Notes: generated by a model not told the origin, from the letters alone. A stretch of DNA of 64,000 bases from Nemertoderma westbladi (GCA_032718475.1 JAUCBJ010007053.1:62001-126000); one strand, 5' to 3'. Positions 48,601 to 59,991 are shown, counted from the stretch's first letter. Translations and numbers: made by a program.

Positions 48601-48795
48601 GAGGCCTAGAAAATCACAGCTGGTTAAGAGCTCAGCAATGTATTTAGAGTTTGCCGCAAATCCATGGGTATTAAAAGTGCACAACCTCAGCTGTTCCTCC
48701 AAACCACATTCAGCGGTGTTAGTCTTGATGAAAGGGCTGGTGAGCCCACGGTCTATCTCTATACCCTGAATTGACTGCATTGTGGTACCGATCAC
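45661..48795 (-). CDS. LINE ORF2: APE + RT (intact, ~1040 aa)
   Basis: TFNTHG, LQEHWL, YIDHI, SDHVP, SYRPIS, DIESAFDTV, GLKQGSLLSP, YADD, FLG. Confidence 0.95.
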   Translation of the reverse strand: MIGTTMQSIQGIEIDRGLTSPFIKTNTAECGLEEQLRLCTFNTHGFAANSKYIAELLTSCDFLGLQEHWLDDMECKESMCLLDANFNCIYSVSHLMSNPNRIRGAGGVALYMRKDKVNSFSEVKSGDNIVGVIAHLHSSNEPFLILSAYAPDSGKPQEVYDEFLGRLYGLLEQYSACIPIILTDANADLGSLQGNRFLTEKPSYRGRILNSFLNDNNLRAIDTHKQFTGPVITFYGHNGGQSYIDHILTPMLNMVLIKDGCVYEEDPGSNYSDHVPVIATFSVMFNNDHSGQKVKPTTRRKIMKFNWAKATEAQKERYKVAVDTLLLENIHKIKSELGGKPSTATLDGVMENIQSAIHDAAIQNIPVAKRKTGIKNIRIRSKILHQSSKTTQQLYQLWSEEGKGNEHPLATVFKESKRRTRRIKNFLSKNSVAQSIHKWANKFNSNPKYFWAKVNKSNGNGIPPSMEDKLRDSYVRKFSNNASKLSDELLTDMDLACANSVVPQISSLTVKRAIAALSTGKAPDNSSLTIEHLLHLNPEPICEILAIVFNLSFMLKKVPNIFGHSVLTSLYKGKHRDVYSPKSYRPISSISIWAKLFEHVVLKSFLSSIDLHENQTAYRSHIGSDVVIATMLECIEHLRMKNKSVYLCQLDIESAFDTVDYNVLGCKMLECGINPHIVATVLNYYTRSLYFLKFGSDVDAIGIHVCRGLKQGSLLSPVLFNLYTKSILDDLKSSNLGCWIDTHWLGTISYADDFLLVSNTQEGMEKMFTMFHNSAAEMKLTVEKSKVNWTVFNNHQGCHRPTFLYLNGKVVPRCEKLSFLGYDLATVMTNPLSKTLQTIAALSQTLKNKGWTSEWLPVETVSHLWRTVALPVILYDLRLHIGYLSQNDMDRLDAAHRNALRSLLYIGRYVSNPTLEHLTSINALSVEAMRQAVGTMVRIIDCPSKALQGSFINCSVASLDGTSGSRYRGVLNSFIKALSIFPLPQLESLLMYRYDKKSLMNRISHGAALTGDKAKASFIEETFNLRTLSLGEKRTRIRDYFGIV

Positions 48796-50041
48796 GTTGC
48801 TCCATGTGGTGGTTAACTTGGTGGATGTGTCGAGGATGGTAGATCCAGTCCCGACACGTTATTCCTCTTGGCCAGAAACCAGGTACTTTTAGATTATCAC
48901 CGATCCCTGAATCCACTGATATCTTCATATTCCTAGAGTCTCTGGAGTTACGTGTTGTTATACGGTGGATAGTTATACGATGATAATTTAAGTAATCAAC
49001 TATATCATCCTCAGAGTACTCAAATGGCACACCGCTGATAAAGACAGTTGTTTGTTTTGATAATTGTTCGGACCAGCTCTGTTTGCTTGAGCCCTGTTTT
49101 AATTCATTAGGTTCGTGTTGCTTGTTGAGTGTTTTCCCTCGTCTATGATGCCTGATACTTCTGGCAGGACTGGAGTGTCTATGTGTACCCAGTTCAGCCC
49201 TTGTTGATTTACGATTATTTGTTCTAGAGCTTGAGCTCTCAATCCTTGAACCAGTATCTTGCTTTGTATGAAGCTGATTTGAAATTGCCTTTAAGTACTG
49301 TGAATTTGAAATTGTAGCTGCATTGTCTGCTTCATCTGAGAGTAGAGGGGCAAATCTGTTGTTTGTTTGTCCCACCAATTTGGGAGGGCAACCAGCAGAA
49401 AAATCCTTTCTTTGATAACTTCTCCGCCTGGAAATGATGGACCAGTCCAAATCGTTTGGCTTGGCATCATGATTGCCGTGGTGAGGTTGATCTCTTGGAT
49501 TGGTTGGTGTGCTTTCCCCTGCTGATATAGAATCAATGATAAGGTACTCGTCTTGGGAGCCTACTTGAGTCTTCTTTCGTTTGTCAGTCATTTCCTCACT
49601 GCTTCGACCTGAAGGTTCACATGCTTGCAGTTGTCCTTCTAGCCTAGTAATTTTTTGTTCCAAGATCATTCGTTGGTGGCGTTCTATACTAAGTTCATCT
49701 TGGATATATCCATATTTCTCTTTTAAGGAACAATTCTCCGTTTCGATGAGACCAAGACGTGCCTGCAATGTGGACACAGCTGTAATGAGGTCATTCCTAA
49801 TGCCCTCTAAAGTGATCCCCGTTGTATTCAAGTCAACCTTCCTTAGGCGTCTACGGCAGGCCTCTGAGATAGCCCCTGCTGAGAGACAGCGTAGAAGCTC
49901 AAATATGTCTGTTGCTAGAGGAGTGGCAGCTGAGCGGTGTTGTAGTTTTAGGGTTACTGACTGTAGTGGGGACATAATTTTCTGCAGAGAGTCGAATAAT
50001 TGTTGGCGAATTATCATAAGACCCAATGGTGGTTGGTGCAT
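48719..50041 (-). CDS. LINE ORF1 (coiled coil, NRFAPL motif, C-terminal RRM-like domain)
   Basis: Heptad-rich LQARLGLIETENCSLKEK..; TNNRFAPL; VFISGVP..EDDIVDYL..FWPRGITCRDW typical of CR1/L2-group ORF1. Confidence 0.85.
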   Translation of the reverse strand: MHQPPLGLMIIRQQLFDSLQKIMSPLQSVTLKLQHRSAATPLATDIFELLRCLSAGAISEACRRRLRKVDLNTTGITLEGIRNDLITAVSTLQARLGLIETENCSLKEKYGYIQDELSIERHQRMILEQKITRLEGQLQACEPSGRSSEEMTDKRKKTQVGSQDEYLIIDSISAGESTPTNPRDQPHHGNHDAKPNDLDWSIISRRRSYQRKDFSAGCPPKLVGQTNNRFAPLLSDEADNAATISNSQYLKAISNQLHTKQDTGSRIESSSSRTNNRKSTRAELGTHRHSSPARSIRHHRRGKTLNKQHEPNELKQGSSKQSWSEQLSKQTTVFISGVPFEYSEDDIVDYLNYHRITIHRITTRNSRDSRNMKISVDSGIGDNLKVPGFWPRGITCRDWIYHPRHIHQVNHHMEQRDRYHNAVNSGYRDRPWAHQPFHQD

Positions 50042-50249
50042 TCTGGGAAAAACATCAGCTGTGTTTCTGTTTTTTTGCAGGAACTCAAGTAATGACGTGC
50101 AACATACTTTATGGCACTCAGCTTGTCATAGTTAGGATTTTGCAGCTTAGTTGTGAGGACAGCCATAATCGAAGCGGTGTGTGGTAAAGCAATACTAATT
50201 ATAGACAGAAAACTGTCAATAACATTGTCATCAATCCATGACTTCCCAT

Positions 50250-51539
50250 TTAATGTTTACTGGAGCTATCGTGCTGATCCACCGGTTGAGTCGAGGTATC
50301 TAGCTGATCCACAGGTTTACTGGAGGTATCAAGCTGATCCGCGGGTTTACTGGAGGTATCGAGTTGACCCACATGTTTATTAGAGGTAACCAGCTGATCT
50401 TCATGTTTACAGGAGGTATCTAGCTGATCCACAGGTTTACTAAAGGTAACCAGCTGATCTGCATGTTTACTGGAGGTATCTAGCTGATCCACAGGTTTAC
50501 TGGATGTATCAAGCTGATCCACAGGTTTACTGGTGGTATCAGACAGATCCACAGGTTTACAGGAGGTATGGAGCTGAACCACAGGTTCCATATCAAGTTG
50601 ATCCGCTGGTTTACTACAGGTATCGACCAGATCCACAGGTTTACTAGAGGTATCGACCAGATCCACAGGTTTACTGGAGCTATCGTGCTGATCCACCGGT
50701 TTAGTCGAGGTATCTAGCTGATCCACAGGTTTACTGGAGGTATCAAGCTGATCCGCGGGTTTACTGGAGGTATCGAGTTGACCCACATGTTTATTAGAGG
50801 TAACCAGCTGATCTTCATGTTTACAGGAGGAATCTAGCTGATCCACAGGTTTACTAGAGGTAACCAGCTGATCTGCATGTTTACTGGAGGTATCAAGCTG
50901 ATCCACTGGTTTACTTGAGGTTTCGAGCTGATCCACAGGTTTACTAGAGGTAACCAGCTGATCTGCATGTTTACTGGAGGTATCTAGCTGATCCACAGTT
51001 TTACTGGAGGTATCTAGCTGTTCCACAGGTTTACTGGAGGTATCAAGCTGATCCACAGGTTTACTGGGGGTATCAAGCTGATCCGCGGGTTTACTTAAGG
51101 TTTCGAGCTGATCTGCGGGTTTACTTAAGGTTTCGAGCTGATCCGCGGGTTTACTTAAGGTTTCGAGCTGATCCGCAGGTTTACTTAAGATTTCGAGTTG
51201 ATCCGCGGGTTTACTAGAGGAACCCGGCTGATCCGTGAGTTTACTGGAGGCATGGAGCTGGTCCACAGGTATACTGGAGGTATCCAGCCGATCCTCGGGT
51301 TTACTGGTGGAGATATTGGACTGATCCAAAGGTTTACTGGAGATGTTGGCCGTCCGATCCACGGGTCTACTGGAAATATCGAGCGACTCGTCCGTTAATT
51401 TAGGATCTTCGGGCTCAGAACAAAGGTTTGCTGTTTCAGCTCGAAGAAGCAGTTCTCCTCGCGATCCAGAGGTGGAAAGATTCCGATTGCTCAACAAAAG
51501 TTTTAGTCGCTTGGTGTTCATCTTTTTAAGTTTATCCAT
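50250..51539 (-). CDS. SAP-like domain + 10-aa tandem repeat ORF in the 5' part of the LINE (probably the frameshifted N-terminus of ORF1)
   Basis: ATG at 51539; LKKMNTKRLKLLLSNRNLSTSGSRGELLLRA fits the SAP pattern; ~35 copies of SKP(V/A)DQLDTS (30 bp). Confidence 0.7.
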   Translation of the reverse strand: MDKLKKMNTKRLKLLLSNRNLSTSGSRGELLLRAETANLCSEPEDPKLTDESLDISSRPVDRTANISSKPLDQSNISTSKPEDRLDTSSIPVDQLHASSKLTDQPGSSSKPADQLEILSKPADQLETLSKPADQLETLSKPADQLETLSKPADQLDTPSKPVDQLDTSSKPVEQLDTSSKTVDQLDTSSKHADQLVTSSKPVDQLETSSKPVDQLDTSSKHADQLVTSSKPVDQLDSSCKHEDQLVTSNKHVGQLDTSSKPADQLDTSSKPVDQLDTSTKPVDQHDSSSKPVDLVDTSSKPVDLVDTCSKPADQLDMEPVVQLHTSCKPVDLSDTTSKPVDQLDTSSKPVDQLDTSSKHADQLVTFSKPVDQLDTSCKHEDQLVTSNKHVGQLDTSSKPADQLDTSSKPVDQLDTSTQPVDQHDSSSKH

Positions 51540-51881
51540 TTTATTGAATCCCAAACCCGGTACGACGAGTCTTGTGTACGACGATATGGTAAGTAAAATG
51601 ACAGTACAGTACCGGTAGACCGTTATTAAAACTGCAGCTACCGTATAGCACCAATGTGCCGGCGCTGCAGGGTACAGTACCACTAAAATCAATGAAGGTA
51701 GTTAAAATAAATAAAAGGTAAAACTACAAAAAGCTACGACCGGTTCCTGGACCGCGAACGGGTACAGGCTCGTACGGTAAAATGAGTCAGTCTGACTGCG
51801 TCGGTTTCAGCATTTAAACATTTTAACTGCCTTGTCAGTTGGTATCTCCAAAGGTGAAAAAAAGGTGACTATTCAAAGTGG

Positions 51882-52933
51882 GTTACCAGTGGGGCGCGGG
51901 CCTACGTAATGAGTTACCAATGGGGCTCGGGCCTACGTAATGAGTTACCAGTGGGGCGCGGGCCTACGTAATGAGTTACCAGTGGGGCGCGGGCCTACGT
52001 AATGAGTTACCAGTGGGGCGCGGGCCTACGTAATGAGTTACCAGTGGGGCGCGGGCCTACGTAATGAGTTACCAGTGGGGCGCGGGCCTACGTAATGAGT
52101 TACCAGTGGGGCGCGGGCCTACGTAATGAGTTACCAGTGGGGCGCGGGCCTACGTAATGAGTTACCAGTGTGGCGCGGGCCTAAGTAATGAGTTACCAGT
52201 GGGGCGCGGGCCTACGTAATGAGTTACCAGTGGGGCGCGGGCCTACGTAATGAGTTACCAGTGGGGCGCGGGCCTACGTAATGAGTTACCAGTGGGGCGC
52301 GGGCCTACGTAATGAGTTACCAGTGGGGCGCGGGCCTACGTAATGAGTTACCAATGGGGCTCGGGCCTACGTAATGAGTTACCAGTGGGGCGCGGGCCTA
52401 CGTAATGAGTTACCAGTGGGGCGCGGGCCTACGTAATGAGTTACCAGTGGGGCGCGGGCCTACGTAATGAGTTACCAATGGGGCTCGGGCCTACGTAATG
52501 AGTTACCAGTGGGGCGCGGGCCTACGTAATGAGTTACCAGTGGGGCGCGGGCCTACGTAATGAGTTACCAATGGGGCTCGGGCCTACGTAATGAGTTACC
52601 AGTGGGGCGCGGGCCTACGTAATGAGTTACCAGTGGGGCGCGGGCCTACGTAATGAGTTACCAGTGGGGCGCGGACCTACGTAATGAGTTACCAGTGGGG
52701 CGCGGGCCTACGTAATGAGTTACCAGTGGGGCGCGGGCCTACGTAATGAGTTTCCAGTGGGGCGCGGGCCTACGTAATGAGTTACCAGTGGGGCGCGGGC
52801 CTACGTAATGAGTTACCAGTGGGGCGCGGGCCTACGTAATGAGTTACCAGTGGGGCGCGGGCCTACGTAATGAGTTACCAGTGGGGCGCGGGCCTACGTA
52901 ATGAGTTACCAGTGGGGCGCGGGCCTATACGTA
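51882..52933. repeat. 31-bp satellite, right arm (~34 copies)
   Basis: Same unit as 43368-45391. Confidence 0.97.
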
Positions 52934-53509
52934 ATCTTAAATATCATCGAAACATTAAACTAATAAAGACCTACTACTACTACCCTATGTAATGCAGCTT
53001 TGGTAACTTAATGCCATTTTTATTGGGAAGGAATATTCCACATGATTGGAGTGTTAGGACAGTAAAATAAGTATCAAATTTATAAGACTGTAAATTATGG
53101 GAATGTCAGTGAAACTCTCTTAGACTGTAACACAGTCGATGTCGATCTACTTAGAAATAAACAATAAGCAAGAGAAATGAGTGAGTTTATTTAATATTAT
53201 AGAAGTTGGTAGAAATGAAGCTGATGGAGATGAATCAGATTTAGAGGATCAAATATTCGATTCTGGTGAACGAACAAGGAACAAACAACATTATTAACTA
53301 ATAATAAATTAAATATGGTTAATCTTAAATTTTGATTTACAGGTGTTTTTATTTCAAACGCTGTAGTAAAGTTTATATGTTTATATTTTTCAATTCGTTG
53401 TTTTCAATATTTAATTTTAGAAATATTTCTAAACAAGTTTAAAAAATTTATAAATCACTATTTTTATTTATAAATTTCACTAACATATTTAGAAAAAAAA
53501 ACCCCTGGC

Positions 53510-56500
53510 TTATGGGTAAGTCGATGTCACGTGCGGTGATCACGGGGGTTCACCTGCGTACAGTAGTTTATGGGTAAGTCGATGTCACGTGCGGTGATCA
53601 CGTGCGTACAGTAGTTTATGGGTAAGTCGGTGCCACGTGGGTTCACGTGCGTACAGTAGTTTATGGGTAAGTCGGTGTCACGTGCGGTGATCACGGGGGT
53701 TCACCTGCGTACAGTAGTTTATGGGTAAGTCGGTGTCACGTGCGGTGATCACGTGGGTTCACGTGCGTACAGTAGTTTATGGGTAAGTCGGTGTCACGTG
53801 CGGTGATCACGTGGGTTCACGTGCGTACAGTAGTTTATGGGTAAGTCGGTGTCACGTGCGGTGATCACGGGGGTTCACCTGCGTACAGTAGTTTATGGGT
53901 AAGTCGGTGTCACGTGCGGTGATCACGGGGGTTCACCTGCGTACAGTAGTTTATGGGTAAGTCGGTGTCACGTGCGGTGATCACGTGGGTTCACGTGCGT
54001 ACAGTAGTTTATGGGTAAGTCGGTGTCACGTGCGGTGATCACGTGGGTTCACGTGCGTACAGTAGTTTATGGGTAAGTCGATGTCACGTGCGGTGATCAC
54101 GGGGGTTCACCTGCGTACAGTAGTTTATGGGTAAGTCGATGTCACGTGCGGTGATCACGGGGGTTCACCTGCGTACAGTAGTTTATGGGTAAGTCGGTGT
54201 CACGTGCGGTGATCACGTGGGTTCACGTGCGTACAGTAGTTTATGGGTAAGTCGATGTCACGTGCGGTGATCACGGGGGTTCACCTGCGTACAGTAGTTT
54301 ATGGGTAAGTCGGTGTCACGTGCGGTGATCACGTGGGTTCACGTGCGTACAGTAGTTTATGGGTAAGTCGGTGTCACGTGCGGTGATCACGTGGGTTCAC
54401 GTGCGTACAGTAGTTTATGGGTAAGTCGGTGTCACGTGCGGTGATCACGGGGGTTCACGTGCGTACAGTAGTTTATGGGTAAGTCGGTGTCACGTGCGGT
54501 GATCACGTGGGTTCACGTGCGTACAGTAGTTTATGGGTAAGTCGGTGTCACGTGCGGTGATCACGTGGGTTCACGTGCGTACAGTAGTTTATGGGTAAGT
54601 CGGTGTCACGTGCGGTGATCACGGGGGTTCACGTGCGTACAGTAGTTTATGGGTAAGTCGGTGTCACGTGCGGTGATCACGTGGGTTCACGTGCGTACAG
54701 TAGTTTATGGGTAAGTCGGTGTCACGTGCGGTGATCACGGGGGTTCACCTGCGTACAGTAGTTTATGGGTAAGTCGGTGTCACGTGCGGTGATCACGTGG
54801 GTTCACGTGCGTACAGTAGTTTATGGGTAAGTCGGTGTCACGTGCGGTGATCACGTGGGTTCACGTGCGTACAGTAGTTTATGGGTAAGTCGGTGTCACG
54901 TGCGGTGATCACGGGGGTTCACGTGCGTACAGTAGTTTATGGGTAAGTCGGTGTCACGTGCGGTGATCACGTGGGTTCACGTGCGTACAGTAGTTTATGG
55001 GTAAGTCGGTGCCACGTGCGGTGATCACGTGGGTTCACGTGCGTACAGTAGTTTATGGGTAAGTCGGTGCCACGTGGGTTCACGTGCGTACAGTAGTTTA
55101 TGGGTAAGTCGGTGTCACGTGCGGTGATCACGTGGGTTCACGTGCGTACAGTAGTTTATGGGTAAGTCGGTGTCACGTGCGGTGATCACGGGGGTTCACC
55201 TGCGTACAGTAGTTTATGGGTAAGTCGGTGTCACGTGCGGTGATCACGTGGGTTCACGTGCGGTGATCACGTGGGTTCACGTGCGTACAGTAGTTTATGG
55301 GTAAGTCGGTGTCACGTGCGGTGATAACGGGGGTTCACCTGCGTACAGTAGTTTATGGGTAAGTCGGTGCCACGTGCGGTGATCACGTGGGTTCACGTGC
55401 GTACAGTAGTTTATGGGTAAGTCGGTGCCACGTGGGTTCACGTGCGTACAGTAGTTTATGGGTAAGTCGGTGTCACGTGCGGTGATCACGTGGGTTCACG
55501 TGCGTACAGTAGTTTATGGGTAAGTCGGTGTCACGTGCGGTGATAACGGGGGTTCACCTGCGTACAGTAGTTTATGGGTAAGTCGGTGCCACGTGCGGTG
55601 ATCACGTGGGTTCACGTGCGTACAGTAGTTTATGGGTAAGTCGGTGTCACGTGCGGTGATCACGTGGGTTCACGTGCGTACAGTAGTTTATGGGTAAGTC
55701 GGTGCCACGTGCGGTGATCACGTGGGTTCACGTGCGTACAGTAGTTTATGGGTAAGTCGGTGCCACGTGGGTTCACGTGCGTACAGTAGTTTATGGGTAA
55801 GTCGGTGTCACGTGCGGTGATCACGTGGGTTCACGTGCGTACAGTAGTTTATGGGTAAGTCGGTGTCACGTGCGGTGATCACGGGGGTTCACCTGCGTAC
55901 AGTAGTTTATGGGTAAGTCGGTGTCACGTGCGGTGATCACGTGGGTTCACGTGCGTACAGTAGTTTATGGGTAAGTCGGTGTCACGTGCGGTGATCACGG
56001 GGGTTCACCTGCGTACAGTAGTTTATGGGTAAGTCGGTGTCACGTGCGGTGATCACGGGGGTTCACCTGCGTACAGTAGTTTATGGGTAAGTCGGTGTCA
56101 CGTGCGGTGATCACGTGGGTTCACGTGCGTACAGTAGTTTATGGGTAAGTCGGTGTCACGTGCGGTGATCACGTGGGTTCACGTGCGTACAGTAGTTTAT
56201 GGGTAAGTCGGTGTCACGTGCGGTGATCACGTGGGTTCACGTGCGTACAGTAGTTTATGGGTAAGTCGGTGTCACGTGCGGTGATCACGGGGGTTCACGT
56301 GCGTACAGTAGTTTATGGGTAAGTCGGTGTCACGTGCGGTGATCACGGGGGTTCACCTGCGTACAGTAGTTTATGGGTAAGTCGGTGCCACGTGCGGTGA
56401 TCACGTGGGTTCACGTGCGTACAGTAGTTTATGGGTAAGTCGGTGTCACGTGCGGTGATCACGGGGGTTCACGTGCGTACAGTAGTTTATGGGTAAGTCG

Positions 56501-58558
56501 GTGTCACGTGCGGTGATCACGGGGGTTCACCTGCGTACAGTAGTTTATGGGTAAGTCGGTGTCACGTGCGGTGATCACGTGGGTTCACGTGCGTACAGTA
56601 GTTTATGGGTAAGTCGGTGTCACGTGCGGTGATCACGGGGGTTCACGTGCGTACAGTAGTTTATGGGTAAGTCGGTGTCACGTGCGGTGATCACGTGGGT
56701 TCACGTGCGTACAGTAGTTTATGGGTAAGTCGGTGTCACGTGCGGTGATCACGGGGGTTCACCTGCGTACAGTAGTTTATGGGTAAGTCGGTGTCACGTG
56801 CGGTGATCACGTGGGTTCACGTGCGTACAGTAGTTTATGGGTAAGTCGGTGTCACGTGCGGTGATCACGGGGGTTCACGTGCGTACAGTAGTTTATGGGT
56901 AAGTCGGTGTCACGTGCGGTGATCACGGGGGTTCACCTGCGTACAGTAGTTTATGGGTAAGTCGGTGTCACGTGCGGTGATCACGTGGGTTCACGTGCGT
57001 ACAGTAGTTTATGGGTAAGTCGGTGTCACGTGCGGTGATCACGGGGGTTCACCTGCGTACAGTAGTTTATGGGTAAGTCGGTGTCACGTGCGGTGATCAC
57101 GTGGGTTCACGTGCGTACAGTAGTTTATGGGTAAGTCGGTGTCACGTGCGGTGATCACGGGGGTTCACGTGCGTACAGTAGTTTATGGGTAAGTCGGTGT
57201 CACGTGCGGTGATCACGTGGGTTCACGTGCGTACAGTAGTTTATGGGTAAGTCGGTGTCACGTGCGGTGATCACGTGGGTTCACGTGCGTACAGTAGTTT
57301 ATGGGTAAGTAGGTGTCACGTGCGGTGATCACGTGGGTTCACGTGCGGTGATCACGGGGGTTCACGTGCGTACAGTAGTTTATGGGTAAGTCGGTGTCAC
57401 GTGCGGTGATCACGTGCGTACAGTAGTTTATGGGTAAGTCGGTGTCACGTGCGGTGATCACGTGCGTACAGTAGTTTATGGGTAAGTCGGTGTCACGTGC
57501 GGTGATCACGTGGGTTCACGTGCGTACAGTAGTTTATGGGTAAGTCGGTGTCACGTGCGGTGATCACGGGGGTTCACGTGCGTACAGTAGTTTATGGGTA
57601 AGTCGGTGTCACGTGCGGTGATCACGGGGGTTCACGTGCGTACAGTAGTTTATGGGTAAGTCGGTGTCACGTGCGGTGATCACGGGGGTTCACGTGCGTA
57701 CAGTAGTTTATGGGTAAGTCGGTGTCACGTGCGGTGATCACGGGGGTTCACCTGCGTACAGTAGTTTATGGGTAAGTCGGTGTCACGTGCGGTGCTCACG
57801 TGGGTTCACGTGCGTACAGTAGTTTATGGGTAAGTCGGTGTCACGTGCGGTGATCACGTGGGTTCACGTGCGTACAGTAGTTTATGGGTAAGTCGGTGTC
57901 ACGTGCGGTGATCACGTGGGTTCACGTGCGTACAGTAGTTTATGGGTAAGTCGGTGTCACGTGCGGTGATCACGGGGGTTCACCTGCGTACAGTAGTTTA
58001 TGGGTAAGTCGGTGTCACGTGCGGTGATCACGGGGGTTCACCTGCGTACAGTAGTTTATGGGTAAGTCGGTGTCACGTGCGGTGATCACGGGGGTTCACG
58101 TGCGTACAGTAGTTTATGGGTAAGTCGGTGTCACGTGCGGTGATCACGGGGGTTCACGTGCGTACAGTAGTTTATGGGTAAGTCGGTGTCACGTGCGGTG
58201 ATCACGTGGGTTCACGTGCGTACAGTAGTTTATGGGTAAGTCGGTGTCACGTGCGGTGATCACGTGGGTTCACGTGCGTACAGTAGTTTATGGGTAAGTC
58301 GGTGTCACGTGCGGTGATCACGGGGGTTCACCTGCGTACAGTAGTTTATGGGTAAGTCGGTGTCACGTGCGGTGATCACGGGGGTTCACGTGCGTACAGT
58401 AGTTTATGGGTAAGTCGGTGTCACGTGCGGTGATCACGGGGGTTCACGTGCGTACAGTAGTTTATGGGTAAGTCGGTGTCACGTGCGGTGCCACGTGGGT
58501 TCACGTGCGGTGATCACGTGGGTTCACGTGCGGTGATCACGTGGGTTCACGTGCGTAC
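53510..58558. repeat. 58-bp satellite (~87 copies) with up to three CACGTG per unit
   Basis: Unit tatgggtaagtcggtgtcacgtgcggtgatcacgtgggttcacgtgcgtacagtagtt. Confidence 0.97.
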
Positions 58559-59271
58559 TGCAAACTGTCTCATCTACTCAATATACTGCAATTTGGGAAT
58601 ATATCTGTTAAATATGGAATATCTTACTGCCGAATGCGGAAAACCAAAATGTCTACCGGCTCCGCAAAAAGTCCAAATGCTAATTAAATGGCATTGAATA
58701 TCTGTTACAACGACGTCACCAATCATAGCTGTTTCTTTGTAAAATTTTGTCTAGGAGACTTTCAATTTAAATGAAAATAAATAATTTTTTCCATACGTTA
58801 CCATAGGAACCACGCACAAATATTCTAAGAATGTTTCATTATATGATATTAGTGAATTCTGTGATGGAGTCCTTAAGGGGGGGGGGGGGGGGGAGGAGGA
58901 GGGGGAGTTATATTTCTCGAAAGTATTTTTTACTCCTCTAAAGAGGTCAGGGTAGATAGCTATTTTGAGGTTTGGATGAGTATGGGCGCAATAAAGTTAA
59001 AAATACCGACATGTGTGAATTGGTATAATAAGTATAATACTAAAAATAATTTACATCTTGGTTGCGGTGTAAACACACATTATCCCCATAAGCCTAAAGT
59101 GCATTATTTACACCTTGTTGCTATGGAAACGTGCATCAGGTCTAATATAACTACTAACAATCTTTTATTGCTTCAAGTGTTGTTTATCTCCAGTTTGCAT
59201 CCTAATAACACAAATTCCCAACTGTTAGTTACTTTGGAAAGGTCATCTTGTTGTTACCAATAAGTAAGGCC

Positions 59272-59705
59272 TAGGTTGATGCCATTAACAATGCTGATGA
59301 TAGCAGGCACTCAGCTCAGGCATAGCAATCAGTAAACCTGCTGACTGGGAGGAAAAGCCAACCAACCACCAAGGTTACTGCTGAATGTCCTAAACTCCTC
59401 AATAATGGTTGGAAGGCCTACTTTGAGAAGCAGCTTCCAAACATAAGAGAGTGAGGTACATCGTGTATCTGATTCTGTGCTCACAGATATCCACATCTCA
59501 TTTGCTGAAATTAAGACTGCAGTAATGGGCTTGAAGACCAATCATACCATTGGAGTAGATGGCATGCCCCCTGAGGTCTTTAAAATTCATGAGTACTTAG
59601 AGCTCATTCACCCCATTATTCTTGGACATGTATAGGACAAAGATAGTCCCTCAAGAAATGAAAATATATAAGTTGGTCCCGGCCCCAAAGAAGGCAACCT
59701 AACAA
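59272..59705 (+). mobile_element. Degenerate fragment of the same RTE-like family as 20825-23170
   Basis: aggttgatgccattaacaatgctgatga..aaaagccaaccaaccaccaaggtta..ggagtagatgg..cccctgaggtctttaaaat matches 21449-21890. Confidence 0.85.
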
Positions 59706-59706
59706 C

Positions 59707-59975
59707 GGTGTCCGGACAATTACGACCCGGTCAATTTCGACCCATGTTTTTAAATAAAAATTATGGGTCGCAATTGTCAATGATATACAGTGATATTTAT
59801 CAATGATATACATTACATATTTTTATCTGGATCCGGACAATTGCGACCCGGACAATTGCGACCCGGACAATTGCGACCCGGACAATTGCGACCCGGACAA
59901 TTGCGACCCGGACAATTGCGACCCGGTCAATTTTTTCTAAAATCATGGGTCGCAATTGACCGGGTCGCAATATGA
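59707..59975. mobile_element. MITE with 15-bp subterminal repeats ccggacaattgcgac
   Basis: ~6 tandem copies plus inverted gggtcgcaattg copies. Confidence 0.7.
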
Positions 59976-59991
59976 CAGGTAATATCCCCAA

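Larger units (their letters stand above)
45392..51881 (-). mobile_element. Apparently full-length ~6.5-kb LINE inserted in the 31-bp satellite
   Basis: Satellite resumes on both sides (gttac at both junctions); (aat)-type tail at 45392; three consecutive minus-strand ORFs. Confidence 0.9.

Noticed and set aside
53200-53300. Acidic mini-frame EVGRNEADGDESDLEDQIFDSGER* as a possible last exon of the membrane gene
   Set aside because: Weak acceptor and no expected TM continuation; cannot be supported.
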